NCBI GenBank assembly: GCA_963804165.1
Contig: CAWDPO010000012.1
Location: forward strand, 18,604 to 82,603
From: an uncultured delta proteobacterium
Lineage (GTDB): Bacteria; Desulfobacterota; Binatia; UBA9968
Reading direction: 5' to 3'
DNA: 64,000 bases
The notes beneath the pieces are model-generated. The model was not told where the DNA came from. It worked only from the letters and a program-made list of their open reading frames with translations, and did no database searches. Positions 19,920 through 30,269 of the stretch are shown in pieces (positions within the stretch are counted from its first letter, which is position 1; each line of letters opens with the position of its first letter). The position numbers and the translations under genes are program-made.

Positions 19920-20160
19920 AAAACGTCTTGAACGGAGCGCATCCTTCGACAAAGCTCAGAGCCCGTCCTGAGTTTTATCGAAGGAACGAGCGGATGGTTG
20001 AGCCGGTCATGGTGAGCCTGCCGAACCATTAAACGACTGAACGCTTTGGATGGTTCCGAGCTACGTTGAACTTTGAACGACCGTTAATCTGACGTCTTGA
20101 ACGGACCCCGAACTCCGATCCACGGGATTGAAACGTTTTGAACGATTTGAACGGGCCTCG
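19920..20160 (+). repeat. repeat mosaic containing the un-nested form of the palindrome element
   Basis: GTCATGGTGAGCCTGCCGAACCATT lacks the two internal inserts of copies 1-3. Confidence 0.85.
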
Positions 20161-20182
20161 GTATTTGTTGGCAAGCGACGGA

Positions 20183-20692
20183 TCACGGGCATTCTGAGCC
20201 ACCTTTTCCTCGCAATAATTCTATTTGTTTTTCAGAAGTAAACACCTCGAAACAATTAAGACACACCCTTTCGTCTCGGTATCCGACTGGAACCGCTGCT
20301 CTCCACACATCCTCCAACACTGTGAAATCACAATTTTGTGAAGAACCGCACACTTTGCACACCCTTCTTCCAGTTGCCGTTGGCGCTGACTCTGGAACAT
20401 CAATTTCACCAATTTTGTGAATGAGTTTGCCACGATGACGTAGGAGAAGTTTGTAGGTTCTCCGGCACGCGAATTGATCATCAAATAATAGTGCGCCTAA
20501 ATATTCTTCGCCCTCATGTTCGATCGTTAGATAAAGCCGATTAACTGGTTTCATCTTGGACTGAATCACATTCTTGAGAATGCCTATCTCACCGCCTAGC
20601 TGTTGAGATTGTTTGGCGTCCCTTCCAACCCAGGCGGGTGGCCAGTTAGAGACTCCCCGGTAACACATCAATGAGTGATCTCGAAGCTTCAT
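20183..20692 (-). CDS. hypothetical protein with C-terminal CxxC...CxxC motif
   Basis: MKLRDHSLMCYRGVSNWPPAW...; GAGG upstream of ATG 20692; CKVC and CLNC in tail. Confidence 0.6.
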   Translation of the reverse strand: MKLRDHSLMCYRGVSNWPPAWVGRDAKQSQQLGGEIGILKNVIQSKMKPVNRLYLTIEHEGEEYLGALLFDDQFACRRTYKLLLRHRGKLIHKIGEIDVPESAPTATGRRVCKVCGSSQNCDFTVLEDVWRAAVPVGYRDERVCLNCFEVFTSEKQIELLRGKGGSECP

Positions 20693-21003
20693 GTAACCTC
20701 TGAATCGAGGTGAAAGTTGGCCTAGCGTCCACATGTCATCAGGAGATCAGATTCACTAGATCGTAGTGACTCTGTGGGTGCGAGGTTTCGTCATCAAAAA
20801 TGCTCCACCGTCCACATACATCACCTAATCTCATGATCCAGCGGGGCCTTTTCCGAAGCAGAAGAGCACAACTACTTTCCTGAGCCTCCAAACGTGGCAG
20901 CCAGGGTCATTGTCCTTGGAGCTTGGTGTCTGCTGCCGCGCCATGACAATGACCCTGACGGTAATTCGCCAAACTCTGCCTCGGTTCTACTCAGCGAGGG
21001 TTC

Positions 21004-21972
21004 CTATTGAAAAAGGGGCTGTGGCTCGCCGTAGATAAAGTCATCCATCATGACGATGTCTCGCTTTTCATCATCATCCGGCCCCGGCGCGATGTCGCCG
21101 GTTCTGATCCGCACCCGCGCGATGCGCGCGTCGTCAAACACGATGCCGAAGAAGGAAAGACTCGCATCGCCCGGAGAGGCCGGAACGAAACTGCTGAAGA
21201 TCAGCCTGTCATCCACGTCGAAGTACTCCATTAACGTGCTGGCCCCACGAGGGTCGCCACGCCTCCCCCTACGCCCGATCCCATTCGGCTCATCAACGTC
21301 GGTGAACACCGCGCCAAAGCCACGGACCGTTGCCGGCTCCGCCGGATTGGTGCCGGGCTGCAGATTGGGATTGGCGCCAGGTACGAAAAACAAAGCTTCG
21401 GTGATGTTGCTGTCTACCGGAGTGAACAGGCGCAAAGGACTGAAGGTGCTGAAGGTGGTGCCGTAGGTCGGATTGTTAAAGAGCGCCTCAAGGCCGCCTT
21501 GGGGTCCACCCGATGGGGGAGCCTGAGAAAGGCCGACTCCCGGTGTGGTGAACTGGCCCCCGCGTGTGTTTAAGAACACGTTGAACGGCGTTACGGGGGC
21601 TGTAGTGATATCCACCGGGGGGTTGCCGCCATCCCAGTTGATCTCTCGGCGACCGCTTCTGTCGAGCGGCGGTGGGTTATTGCCGTTGTTGGGATCGCCC
21701 AGAGCGGCGCGGAACGCATCGACTGTGCTCTGAATCGATTCGGCGATTGGCCCAGCCGCCTGGAATATGATCGGTGGAACCAGATCCTTGGATTTGTTCC
21801 CTTGCGCCTGTGCAGTCTGGCCAACGGGGACGATGACGGCGAGCAAGCCAAACGCGAGTACGCGATTTAAAAGTACATGCCTCTTCATGATTGCATGCTC
21901 TATCGAGCGCCATAGGCGGGGATTGTTATCATTTTCGACTTTCTCAATTTTCGTTGTAGCTATTGTTTTCAC
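21004..21972 (-). CDS. hypothetical secreted protein
   Basis: Long ORF with signal-like segment ending AQA, RREINWDG, GFGAVFTDVD, DIVMMDDFIYGEP; start may be 21888. Confidence 0.75.
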   Translation of the reverse strand: MKTIATTKIEKVENDNNPRLWRSIEHAIMKRHVLLNRVLAFGLLAVIVPVGQTAQAQGNKSKDLVPPIIFQAAGPIAESIQSTVDAFRAALGDPNNGNNPPPLDRSGRREINWDGGNPPVDITTAPVTPFNVFLNTRGGQFTTPGVGLSQAPPSGGPQGGLEALFNNPTYGTTFSTFSPLRLFTPVDSNITEALFFVPGANPNLQPGTNPAEPATVRGFGAVFTDVDEPNGIGRRGRRGDPRGASTLMEYFDVDDRLIFSSFVPASPGDASLSFFGIVFDDARIARVRIRTGDIAPGPDDDEKRDIVMMDDFIYGEPQPLFQ

Positions 21973-22290
21973 TTCTTCTTCCTTTTTTATTTATTTCTTA
22001 TTTGTTATTTGGACATGAACGGTTGTTCTCCACGCTTCATTCGATCCTCCGCTTCGCGATGAAGTAATTTTTCTTTGGCTTACTGTAGAGGGGGTGGATA
22101 GCTGGATGAATGATAACTATCACAATCAGCAAAAACTCATTCATAAAATTCCTCTATCTCCTAACGTAAGTCTATTTTGCGAAATCTATTTCCGTGATTA
22201 GCAATCGCCGATTTCTCAGGGTTTCCATCCAACCCAACGACCGCTTATTCCGAGCCCACGTGAACATTGTTTTCGCCAACTGTTTCTCGT

Positions 22291-22923
22291 TTACTTGTCC
22301 CAACAGCCGGGCGAAACGATATCAGTCGAGTCGTTGGTTTCTTCGACCCAGTCCTTGCCGACGAGCGACAGGACCATGGAAGCGACTTTGTCCTCCCCAA
22401 GCGCTGCAAAGGCTTTTGCTACCGCAACCAGCCCAGATTGACTTTGCCTTTTCTCGGCGGCGACCCTAGCGCGAAGAAAAAGCGCATTAGCAGAGGAATA
22501 AGGACCCCTTTCCCTTTCCAGCTGTTTAATCCCACAGGCGGCGGCGAGTAACCCCGCCCAATCGTCGCGCCAGACTGCGAACTTCCCCGCCTGCAAATAC
22601 AAATGCTTCGCGTAATCGAGATCGCCCTTTCCCCACGCCGCATCCGCGAGTGCAAGAATGGGCTTCCAGTCTGGAATCTCCCGCCCGCTGAAGTCGCACT
22701 GCGTCCATGTCAAAGCCGCCAGAACCGGAAAGACCACAAGGCTTGCCCGAGAGGTGATCGACCACCACGACTTTCTGCGAAGATTCTGCCTCGAGTGAGG
22801 TTGCGCTATAGGGAGAGTTCCGCTTTCGACGGGACGGTTTTGATCGCTTAAACTCTGATCACCGGGTTCAATTTCACCAGAAGGTGAGTAAGTTGAGTGC
22901 ATGGATACGTTATTCTCGTTCAA
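22291..22923 (-). CDS. hypothetical membrane-anchored helical protein
   Basis: 210 aa, one TM segment then Ala-rich TPR-like helices. Confidence 0.5.
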   Translation of the reverse strand: MNENNVSMHSTYSPSGEIEPGDQSLSDQNRPVESGTLPIAQPHSRQNLRRKSWWSITSRASLVVFPVLAALTWTQCDFSGREIPDWKPILALADAAWGKGDLDYAKHLYLQAGKFAVWRDDWAGLLAAACGIKQLERERGPYSSANALFLRARVAAEKRQSQSGLVAVAKAFAALGEDKVASMVLSLVGKDWVEETNDSTDIVSPGCWDK

Positions 22924-23168
22924 TGTATATCCCCCTGCGTAAGCAAACGGTTCTAACGCGTCCTGGCTATATAGGCTTGCAAATCAGATCAATGAACAAA
23001 TGGGGACGCAGCCTAGCTATCGCAGGCAGAGATATGAGTAGGGCACTTGACCTTATGAGCTGCGTCTAAAGCCAAGTATTAGGACGTGACTGTGAAGACA
23101 GTGAAATGAGTTGCAAGAAGTCCAATTTTTGGCAAGAGTTTGGATGTAGCGTCTTGCGAATCATCAAG

Positions 23169-23374
23169 CTAGTGTCCTGTCCAGAAGGTCGCGACATAAT
23201 TCTCGCGTCATTCCGTCGGAAAATCTCCCCTTCCCTTCTTTGGCAAAGAGGGGTGAGAATCGCACGGAGAAAATTCCCCCTTTGAAAAAAGGGGGATAAA
23301 GGGGGATTTGAGTTCAACTTCAGTGGCTGCCATCGTTTGGACTTTTTAAACGAACTTCTGAGACGCCACACTAG
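23169..23374. mobile_element. ~205-bp MITE, copy 1 (inverted relative to copies 2 and 3)
   Basis: CTAG at both ends, ~20-bp imperfect TIR (TGTGGCGTCTCAGAAGTTCG / TGTCCTGTCC(C)AGAAG.TCG), internal CCCCCTTT..AAAGGGGG palindromes. Confidence 0.9.
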
Positions 23375-23391
23375 ATCGCGGTAAAAAATAT

Positions 23392-24636
23392 CTACCAACA
23401 TGACCCACGCACAACTCGCCGCAGCGCCTCACAAGCATCCACTTGACGGAGTGACACCGTTTCTGGATCGTTGCCATTGACGGGGTGGCCACTGTCGACG
23501 AGTAGGTCCCTCACCTCCCGCGGCGACAATTGTGGATTTCCTTCGAGCAGTAAAGCCACAATTCCGGAAACATGAGCTGTGGCAAAGGAACTGCCGGAGA
23601 GAAAATCGTAGGCTCCATTGGGCACTGTGGTCAGTACCTCGACGCCTGGCGCAGCCAGTGGCGTTGGATGTTTGCCCACGCGCGCACGCACGCGACCCTG
23701 TGCGTCACTGGCGATCACAGCGATGACTGTCGATAAGCTGGCGGGAAAGCTAAGCGCTGGATCTCCACGTTCCATCACGGCAGCGACTACTGTGATGCTT
23801 TGTTCGCTTACGGCTTTTACGATCAGCCGCCTAAGAAGAGGATCAGGAGGTCCGGATAAGCTGAGGTTTAGAACCCGAACCCGCTCAACAATAGCAAAGT
23901 CGATCGCCTTGGCGAGGGTCCAGCTACTACACCACGCCTCCGAGGTTCCGGGCCGACGATGCCAGCACGCTTTTACAGCTAAAAGGTCAGCATCAGGAGC
24001 GATTCCGTAGATTCCCATCCCATTGTCGGCCCGCGCCCCGATCACGCCAGCAACAGCAGTGCCGTGATGATCGGACGTAAACGTCTTTTCGCCCCCCTCC
24101 ACAAAGTTAATCGTCTTGACAACTCGATCCCTGAGGTCGGGATGGTTGGTATCCACCCCAGTATCCACAACGGCTACGCGCACACCTCGACCGGTTACCC
24201 AGGCGTGAGCTCGGTCAGCGCCGACCGCGCGCGGCCCATATTGAAGAGACGCGTAGGGATCTCCAGTGAGCGCTCCGAGACCTTGGAAAAATTGGTTCTG
24301 CTGAACTGATTCCACGCGAGAGTCAACCGTTAACTGCGCCAGCACATCATCTAGCGGACGATTTTCGCTTACCTGAAAAACAACGCATTGCACGCCGAGC
24401 GAGGTAAGCGGAAAAGCGCCGACCTGATCCAGGCCATACTCACCTGAAAGGTCTTTGGCGAGGGTTGCCCAGACGTCTGGTGTGGCTGGAGCAAGGGTGA
24501 CAATCAGCTGCCGAGCCTGTAGTTGCCTGGGAAGTGCCTCAGCCTCTTCACCCATTCCTTCCTGTAAAGCGAGACCGCTACACCCGGCAGTCAACAGCGC
24601 TAGTCCAGCGAGAATAGACAATATTCGTATCATCAC
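23392..24636 (-). CDS. S8 family serine peptidase, lipoprotein
   Basis: Lipobox TAGC; catalytic VDTG, HGTAVAG, SGSSFATAHVSG. Confidence 0.93.
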   Translation of the reverse strand: MMIRILSILAGLALLTAGCSGLALQEGMGEEAEALPRQLQARQLIVTLAPATPDVWATLAKDLSGEYGLDQVGAFPLTSLGVQCVVFQVSENRPLDDVLAQLTVDSRVESVQQNQFFQGLGALTGDPYASLQYGPRAVGADRAHAWVTGRGVRVAVVDTGVDTNHPDLRDRVVKTINFVEGGEKTFTSDHHGTAVAGVIGARADNGMGIYGIAPDADLLAVKACWHRRPGTSEAWCSSWTLAKAIDFAIVERVRVLNLSLSGPPDPLLRRLIVKAVSEQSITVVAAVMERGDPALSFPASLSTVIAVIASDAQGRVRARVGKHPTPLAAPGVEVLTTVPNGAYDFLSGSSFATAHVSGIVALLLEGNPQLSPREVRDLLVDSGHPVNGNDPETVSLRQVDACEALRRVVRGSCW

Positions 24637-25334
24637 GGCTGTTTCGCTTCCGCTAAACGCACTTTCGGATGTGACCGCAACAACGCAAGTCTCTCCTCAG
24701 TTTGCCCAGGTGCTGCGCGATCATCAGCGGCTAAAGCTACAGTGTAGACGGCCATCGGCGACGGGCCCGCCACAATCGTGGCTCCAATGCTGCTGAGCAA
24801 TGTCCTGATTTCCCGCTCAGTGATATCGTCGGCAAAAACCACTTGAAGGGTCACTCCACCCGGCTCCGGGCCGCTCCCCGCGTCCGACAGTGTCTGATAG
24901 CGTAATGAAGGAGCGACCGAAGCCTGCCATAGAGTAGCCGCGGCGAGCAGGACGATCGCCACAGTCTGCGCGGCCAGTGCCCAACGAAATAAAGACGGTG
25001 TCTCCTGAAAACCAAGCCGGATTTTTTCGATCCACTCGCGCACAAGAATCCGCCAGCGCTCCGGGGCGGCCGACGCGCTGGCACGGTCGATGCGCTCCAT
25101 TAAGCGCGCAAGATGCTCCGGTGATAGCGTCCTCGCAGCCTCTTCGGAGCTGCGCACTGCGGTGGCGATGGACTGGCATCGCACGACCTCGTCCGCGCAG
25201 CTCTGACAGCTCAGAATGTGGCGAGCCACAAATTCGTGTTCGTGACCTTCCAAAGTACCGTTTACGTACCAGGGCAGGATCTCCCACACTTTTTGGTGGT
25301 CGTTCCCATCGGATGGATCACTCGGGTCTCGCAT
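24633..25334 (-). CDS. zf-HC2 anti-sigma factor
   Basis: LPWYVNGTL...V..HILSCQSC (HxxxCxxC), TM segment, YQTLS; lies between sigma and peptidase. Confidence 0.88.
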   Translation of the reverse strand: MRDPSDPSDGNDHQKVWEILPWYVNGTLEGHEHEFVARHILSCQSCADEVVRCQSIATAVRSSEEAARTLSPEHLARLMERIDRASASAAPERWRILVREWIEKIRLGFQETPSLFRWALAAQTVAIVLLAAATLWQASVAPSLRYQTLSDAGSGPEPGGVTLQVVFADDITEREIRTLLSSIGATIVAGPSPMAVYTVALAADDRAAPGQTEERLALLRSHPKVRLAEAKQP

Positions 25335-25338
25335 ATGT

Positions 25339-25935
25339 TCAGGTTCCTTCTTCTGATCCTGATCCTTTCGACTCAGCGGCGAACAGTGCAGCCAGCCGTC
25401 GGCGGGCATGGAACATTCGGGTCTTGACGGTGTTCACAGGGCACCCAACAATCTTCGCGATCTCCGCGTAGGACAGGTCGTGATAGAAGGTTAGCTCCAC
25501 AACCGCTCCTTGCTCAGGAGGCAGGCTGTCAATTGCCCGCGCCACAGCGCTAGCTAACTCACGGTGGGCCCAGGCATCCTCAGGGCCACTGGACTCGACT
25601 CCGTATGGCTCCGCCTGCGGGAGCTCGGTATCGAACTTAGCAGACCGTGCCCGCGCCTTCAGCGCCTTGTAGTGAGCAATGCCCAGGATCCAGGTTGAGA
25701 GGCGCGAGGTTCCATTAAAGCGCGACGCGGTCTGCCACACCACCATCATCACGTCGTTGAGCGCTTCCTCAACGATTTCTCGCTGGCGGATTAATTTCCA
25801 CAAGTAACGGTAGACCACGGGTGAATAGCGGTGATAGAGAGTCTCGAACGCTTGGCGGTCTCGTCCGACCACGCGCCGCATAAGGTTCAGGTCGTCCTCT
25901 AAGCCGGAGGGTTGCATGGGAGCCTTTCCATGCAT
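25339..25935 (-). CDS. ECF RNA polymerase sigma factor
   Basis: D..AFETLY.RY, F.G.SRLSTWILGIA, LSYAEIAKIVGCPVNTVKTRMFHARRRL; exact start uncertain (25917-26013). Confidence 0.92.
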   Translation of the reverse strand: MHGKAPMQPSGLEDDLNLMRRVVGRDRQAFETLYHRYSPVVYRYLWKLIRQREIVEEALNDVMMVVWQTASRFNGTSRLSTWILGIAHYKALKARARSAKFDTELPQAEPYGVESSGPEDAWAHRELASAVARAIDSLPPEQGAVVELTFYHDLSYAEIAKIVGCPVNTVKTRMFHARRRLAALFAAESKGSGSEEGT

Positions 25936-26394
25936 GAGTTGGCCCACGGTCGGGCCATTCGCTCCCGCATGCACAGCGCCCCTCAATGTAGGGTAAACGT
26001 ATTGTTCCAGCAAGTAAAAATCGTAGATGGGGCGTTATCTCATCCCATGCGATGGATATACTCTGCCCTCCTACTCACCCTCCGTCAGTTTCGATGTCTA
26101 CACGTATATCCCTGGAACCGACGCCGAGGTTCTCTATCGACAGTGTTTTAATGAAACAGCTGTCCACTAATTTGTGGAGCACTTAAAAAACTCGGGGACT
26201 AGCGCCGCTCGTGCCGGGTCGGACCAGGCTATGTTGCTGCGTTTTCAACGCTTTCATTCCAAAGGACCGTGTTTTCGGAGCTTAGAGCCTCAGTTTGACC
26301 TGTAAAATTGGCCGCGTAAGCTTCAGCAGGCTCGCGCAGTGCGTAGGTTTCGTCTGCTTCTAGCACTTCCCGATGCATCGCTTTGATTCCAAGC

Positions 26395-26570
26395 TCATTT
26401 CGACGTTTCGAGAATTCCCGAAACGTGGAAGTTCCATGTTATTGAATCCGGCAAACGATTGGAACAGAGCGAAGCTGTGGTACGGCTGGAACCATTGGAA
26501 CGGTCTTCGTAAGCAGTGAAACGTTTGGAACGACTGGAACGCCTGGAACGGACCGCTCCCCGTGATGAAC
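26395..26570 (+). repeat. palindrome plus TGGAAC 9-mer array
   Basis: Same modules as the other mosaics. Confidence 0.8.
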
Positions 26571-26581
26571 CAAGTTAGATT

Positions 26582-26890
26582 TTAACTTCGCTTTCTTGTC
26601 CAAAGCGCTTCTAAATCTCTGGCTCCGTGGGCTAGCGCAAGAATGGCCACTCGCGAGCGGTTTGCTTTATATATCAGTCGATAACTTTGGACGAGCAGTT
26701 CGCGAATCTGGCGATCGCCGATCTCGGGAACAACACGACCGCGCGCCGACATTCGGCTCAGGCTGCGCGCATGACTGCGGATTTCACGGACAAAAGAAGC
26801 GGCGTAATACGGCGAGTCTCGGGCGATGAAGTCGGCGATGGTTTCCAGGTCTATCCAGGCACTCTCAGTCCAGACTACCTTTTTAGCCAC
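26582..26890 (-). CDS. RelE/ParE family toxin
   Basis: VVWTESAWIDLETIADFIARDSP, GRVVPE, RELLVQSYRLIY, HGARDL. Confidence 0.92.
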   Translation of the reverse strand: MAKKVVWTESAWIDLETIADFIARDSPYYAASFVREIRSHARSLSRMSARGRVVPEIGDRQIRELLVQSYRLIYKANRSRVAILALAHGARDLEALWTRKRS

Positions 26891-27063
26891 TTTTGCATCC
26901 GCTCTTCCACTTGTCGTTGGCTAACGGTTCGTCTACTTTTGACCTCAGTCAACCCTCGCTCTACCTTTTCACGTACGTAGAGATGGTATTGAATATCTTC
27001 GAGTGTGGAGTCATCGGGAAGATTCTGAATAAGCGTGAGAGCTTGCCGCTTTGCTGTTTCCAT
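26875..27063 (-). CDS. antitoxin of the RelE/ParE module
   Basis: TAK.....LI.NLPDDSTLEDIQYHLYVREKVERGL; overlaps toxin start; AAGGAG RBS. Confidence 0.88.
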   Translation of the reverse strand: METAKRQALTLIQNLPDDSTLEDIQYHLYVREKVERGLTEVKSRRTVSQRQVEERMQKWLKR

Positions 27064-27214
27064 CGGTCACTCCTTGGACGTCATTTTGCCACTATACCGT
27101 CACCCTCGCTGGTTTCCAACGACTCCTCACATCTTCAAACGGGTATACTGCCCACGCTGAAATCATTTCACGCGCAATTCCCAAAAATAGACTGGAAGAT
27201 ACGGCTACAATCGA

Positions 27215-27330
27215 CTGAACCCTGGAACGTTTGGAACAAAGCGAACCATTGGAACGACTGGAACGTGTGAAACGGTTGGAACACGCTTCGCTCTGACTTT
27301 GAACATTGAACCTTGAACTTTGAACGACCG
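27215..27330 (+). repeat. TGGAAC/TTGAAC tandem-repeat mosaic
   Basis: Shares an identical ~68-bp block with 10612-10680. Confidence 0.85.
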
Positions 27331-27338
27331 TTTATCTG

Positions 27339-27878
27339 TCAGCGACCCACGATGTGTTTATCGGTGAGCAGCACTTGAGGCGGCCCGCCATTCGGCAGGG
27401 TCATTTCTGTGATCAATATACCGCCGTGCTTGGCATTCACTTGCGTCAATACAAACCACGTACCGTCTGGAATTTCCGAAAACGAAAACTTTCCTTGGGC
27501 GTCGCACTCAGTCCGCCTGATCATGCTTTTCAAACTGGGATAGGGTGTCTCCGGGGGTTTAGGTTCGCTTCCAGCGACGATCATGTGCCAAAACATTTCA
27601 CGAAAGTAAGATGTCGCCGGCAGCAACAAAACGCGGTTCCCCGCACATGTGACGACGCTATCTCCCTGCCGCGTGAGAAAGGCTTGTCCGCTTATGCCGT
27701 TTTCGCCTGATTTCGCGTAGGGTTCATGTTCGGAGTAATCGAACTTGGTCTGCATTTGCACAAACGATGGCGCAAACTGTCGCACAGGCTCTCGACGAGC
27801 AGAGCATCCGGCATATGCGAGCGGCAAGGCGAGCACTACCGCACCCACCCTGACGATGTTTTCCCTAAAGGTTTTCAT
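27339..27878 (-). CDS. hypothetical lipoprotein (transthyretin/carboxypeptidase-regulatory-like fold)
   Basis: Lipobox YAGC; ISGQAFL...G..VTCAG..V.LLPAT.Y; CDAQGKFSF..IPDG.W. Confidence 0.75.
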   Translation of the reverse strand: MKTFRENIVRVGAVVLALPLAYAGCSARREPVRQFAPSFVQMQTKFDYSEHEPYAKSGENGISGQAFLTRQGDSVVTCAGNRVLLLPATSYFREMFWHMIVAGSEPKPPETPYPSLKSMIRRTECDAQGKFSFSEIPDGTWFVLTQVNAKHGGILITEMTLPNGGPPQVLLTDKHIVGR

Positions 27879-28100
27879 TTGACCTATAGCGATGGCGCGT
27901 CAGGTCCTTTGGCCCTCAAGTGAATTACTTTTCATCACTGGGGGTGCCGGTGCCACCCTCCTAGAAGAACTATATCACCGGTGTTCTATGGCTCTAGACG
28001 GGTAGCCGAATTTGAGTGGTTTATTACAGGATGTGTGACCGATTCAGCGCAACGAAAGGATTGAACTCAGTTTGAGGAACTTTGCGCTTGATTAGAACCC

Positions 28101-28360
28101 CAAGAGACTTTTACTGGTAAGGCTCATTTCGATGTTTCGAGAATTCCCGAAACGTGGAAGTCCCCCCTCCGAGTCTTAATTGTATTAAACGGTTTGAACG
28201 GAGCGTAGCGGTTGAACGGCTTGAACCATTTGAACGGACCGGTCCGCTGATGAACGGAACGTAGTGATTGAACGTTTTGAACGACTTGAACCGGCTGCAG
28301 TATTAGATAGCGGTTGAACGGCTTAAGTTGATAAATCAAGAAGTTCGCTTGGTCCGACCG
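28101..28360 (+). repeat. repeat mosaic
   Basis: GAGACTTTTACTG..TAAGGCTCATTTCGATGTTTCGAGAATTCCCGAAACGTGGAA shared with ~55544-55602, then TTGAAC 9-mers. Confidence 0.85.
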
Positions 28361-28382
28361 CGTGGACTCCCCCCTTTTATTT

Positions 28383-29006
28383 TCACCCACCCCGCTCCCT
28401 ATTTCCCCGCAAGATGCCGCCTCCCATGAGCGTGCGCTCAATCTTTGCCTGATACAGCTTCATCAGTTGCGCCCCCACCCCGTCACCTTCAATAATCGCA
28501 AGGGCATGAGCTATGGCCTGTAAGGTGGCCATGCCTTCCGGTCTACTTTGAGCGCGCAGCTGAAATGTCGAGTGATTCGGCGTGCTGATCTTCACCCTCG
28601 GTAAGTCTTTTAACTCAGGATGACGGGAGTGAATTTTTCTCGCCTGTCGCCACGTGCCATCGGGAACGATGAGTTGAATAGGCGTGCGTTCCTGCATCAC
28701 CAGTGCCTGATCCAATTCCACCGCATCGTTGGTGGGATAAAACAAAAACGTCCGATACTGAGAGGATAAGAGATCTTTAAGATCGAGAGCTGCTCTTCCT
28801 TCACTTCGTATCCGCACTTCGCTATTGACCAATGCTCTTACCGCGAGCAGACCGGTGTTGCTGCTGCGCGACAGTTCTCTGTGATGAATGACCAGACAAA
28901 TCCTAGTCCTTAATTCAATTCGCGGCACCGCGTCGCACAGGCACAGAGTCCGCGACGCTGCACACATCGGACATCGCTCTATTCTTCGCTGATCAGTCAA
29001 CTTCAC
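28383..29006 (-). CDS. DTW domain protein (tRNA-uridine aminocarboxypropyltransferase, TapT/YfiP-like)
   Basis: RC..C.....LCLC, H.RE....SNTG, PDGTWRQARK, LR......GMATLQA; start uncertain. Confidence 0.88.
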   Translation of the reverse strand: MKLTDQRRIERCPMCAASRTLCLCDAVPRIELRTRICLVIHHRELSRSSNTGLLAVRALVNSEVRIRSEGRAALDLKDLLSSQYRTFLFYPTNDAVELDQALVMQERTPIQLIVPDGTWRQARKIHSRHPELKDLPRVKISTPNHSTFQLRAQSRPEGMATLQAIAHALAIIEGDGVGAQLMKLYQAKIERTLMGGGILRGNRERGG

Positions 29007-29554
29007 GGCTCACACAAGGGACAGCCTATTTCTCTTCCTGTTTCACCGTCGCCCACGCGCTGATTTGCGGTATTCGTACTTCGCTCATTTGGCATGCGGC
29101 TTTGACTCCTGCGCTGGCACCCTGCCCTGTTAACCGAGTCATTCCAGCTAGTCAACAAACGTCTCCGCGTGCGCCAGGGCGCTGAGCTTGGCGAGAAGAA
29201 AGTGAGGTGAGTTCGAGAAGAAGACCGGCGATCAGGAATGCCAGCCCAAGCACCGAAACGTTTCCACGAACAAGACTCCAAATCAAAAACAGTACGCCCG
29301 CTGCAAGGGCGCCATACGCGAGCAAATGATTCCACTCCGACCATGCCACAGTTGGCAATTTATCGCAGGTCCAGTTGCTTAGAGCAACAAAAACTTCACG
29401 AGTAATTGGTGAGTCGGGGAGATTGTCAGGCTCCTTTAACGAAAAGTCGAATAGACTTGTGAGCTCAAATGAGAGAAGTAATCACCACCTGATATACCTC
29501 CAAGAAGGCAATCGAGGGATTTTGAAACTCGCCATCGGCATGCCTAATTTTGGA

Positions 29555-29815
29555 TTAAGCTTGGTTTATTAATTTTCCTTCAAAAAAGAGATCTATCCTG
29601 GCTGTAAATAACCCCTTTTCGCGCAAGACGGCAGGTTTGCCTCCTACCTCGAAAGCGATTTCTTTCGGGACGTCCAGCCACTGAGAATTCATCCACCTCT
29701 GTACTTCGTCTCCGTCGACCATGAGTTTGCCGGTCCAGCTGTTATTCCTGCCATAGTCAACTTCAATTCGGTGTTTCTTCCCTTCGATTTCTACTGACCA
29801 GGTCCTATCCATCAT
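29555..29815 (-). CDS. hypothetical small beta-rich protein
   Basis: 86-aa ORF with GGAG RBS; W.VEIEGKKHRIEV...GKLMVDG. Confidence 0.65.
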   Translation of the reverse strand: MMDRTWSVEIEGKKHRIEVDYGRNNSWTGKLMVDGDEVQRWMNSQWLDVPKEIAFEVGGKPAVLREKGLFTARIDLFFEGKLINQA

Positions 29816-29989
29816 GTTTCTCCAAAATGGCTGAGCCTTCCAAAGCTGGTAGGCCGCCGTCCAAAGGTTTCATCACGCAATTCAATTCGTGAGCTTAACG
29901 TATGCCAATGGGTAGGGATTACTGTCCAATAGTAGACAGTTGTCGAAAAATTATCGTGGGCTTTGAGCGACACGAGAAAGCAGAAACCA

Positions 29990-30067
29990 CTAGGATTGAA
30001 CTGTATTCTCCTTCAAAGCACAGTCCTACGTGAGAAAAAACTGACGCGTCGTTCAGTTCAATCCTAG
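29990..30067 (+). repeat. GATTGAAC hairpin site A (complete)
   Basis: CTAGGATTGAACTG-TATTCTCCTTCA-N26-TGACGCGTCGTT-CAGTTCAATCCTAG. Confidence 0.9.
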
Positions 30068-30269
30068 TGTGGCGTCTCAGAAGTTCGTTTAAAAAGTCCA
30101 AACGATGGCAGCCTCTGAAGTTGAACTCAAATCCCCCTTTGTCCCCCTTTTTCAAAGGGGGGATTTTCTCCGTGCGATTCTCACCCCTCTTTGCCAAAGA
30201 GGGGAAGGGGAGATTTTCCGACGGAATGACGCGAGAATTATGTCGCGAACTTCTGGGACAGGACACTAG
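30064..30269. mobile_element. ~205-bp MITE, copy 2
   Basis: CTAG-bounded, near-identical to 23169-23374 and 61743-61947. Confidence 0.9.

Noticed and set aside
28058-28072. AGGATTGAACTCAG (and CGGATTGAACTCTG near 46254) as additional hairpin sites
   Set aside because: Only the 10-bp core matches. The TTCTCC continuation and partner arm are absent, so they were not counted.
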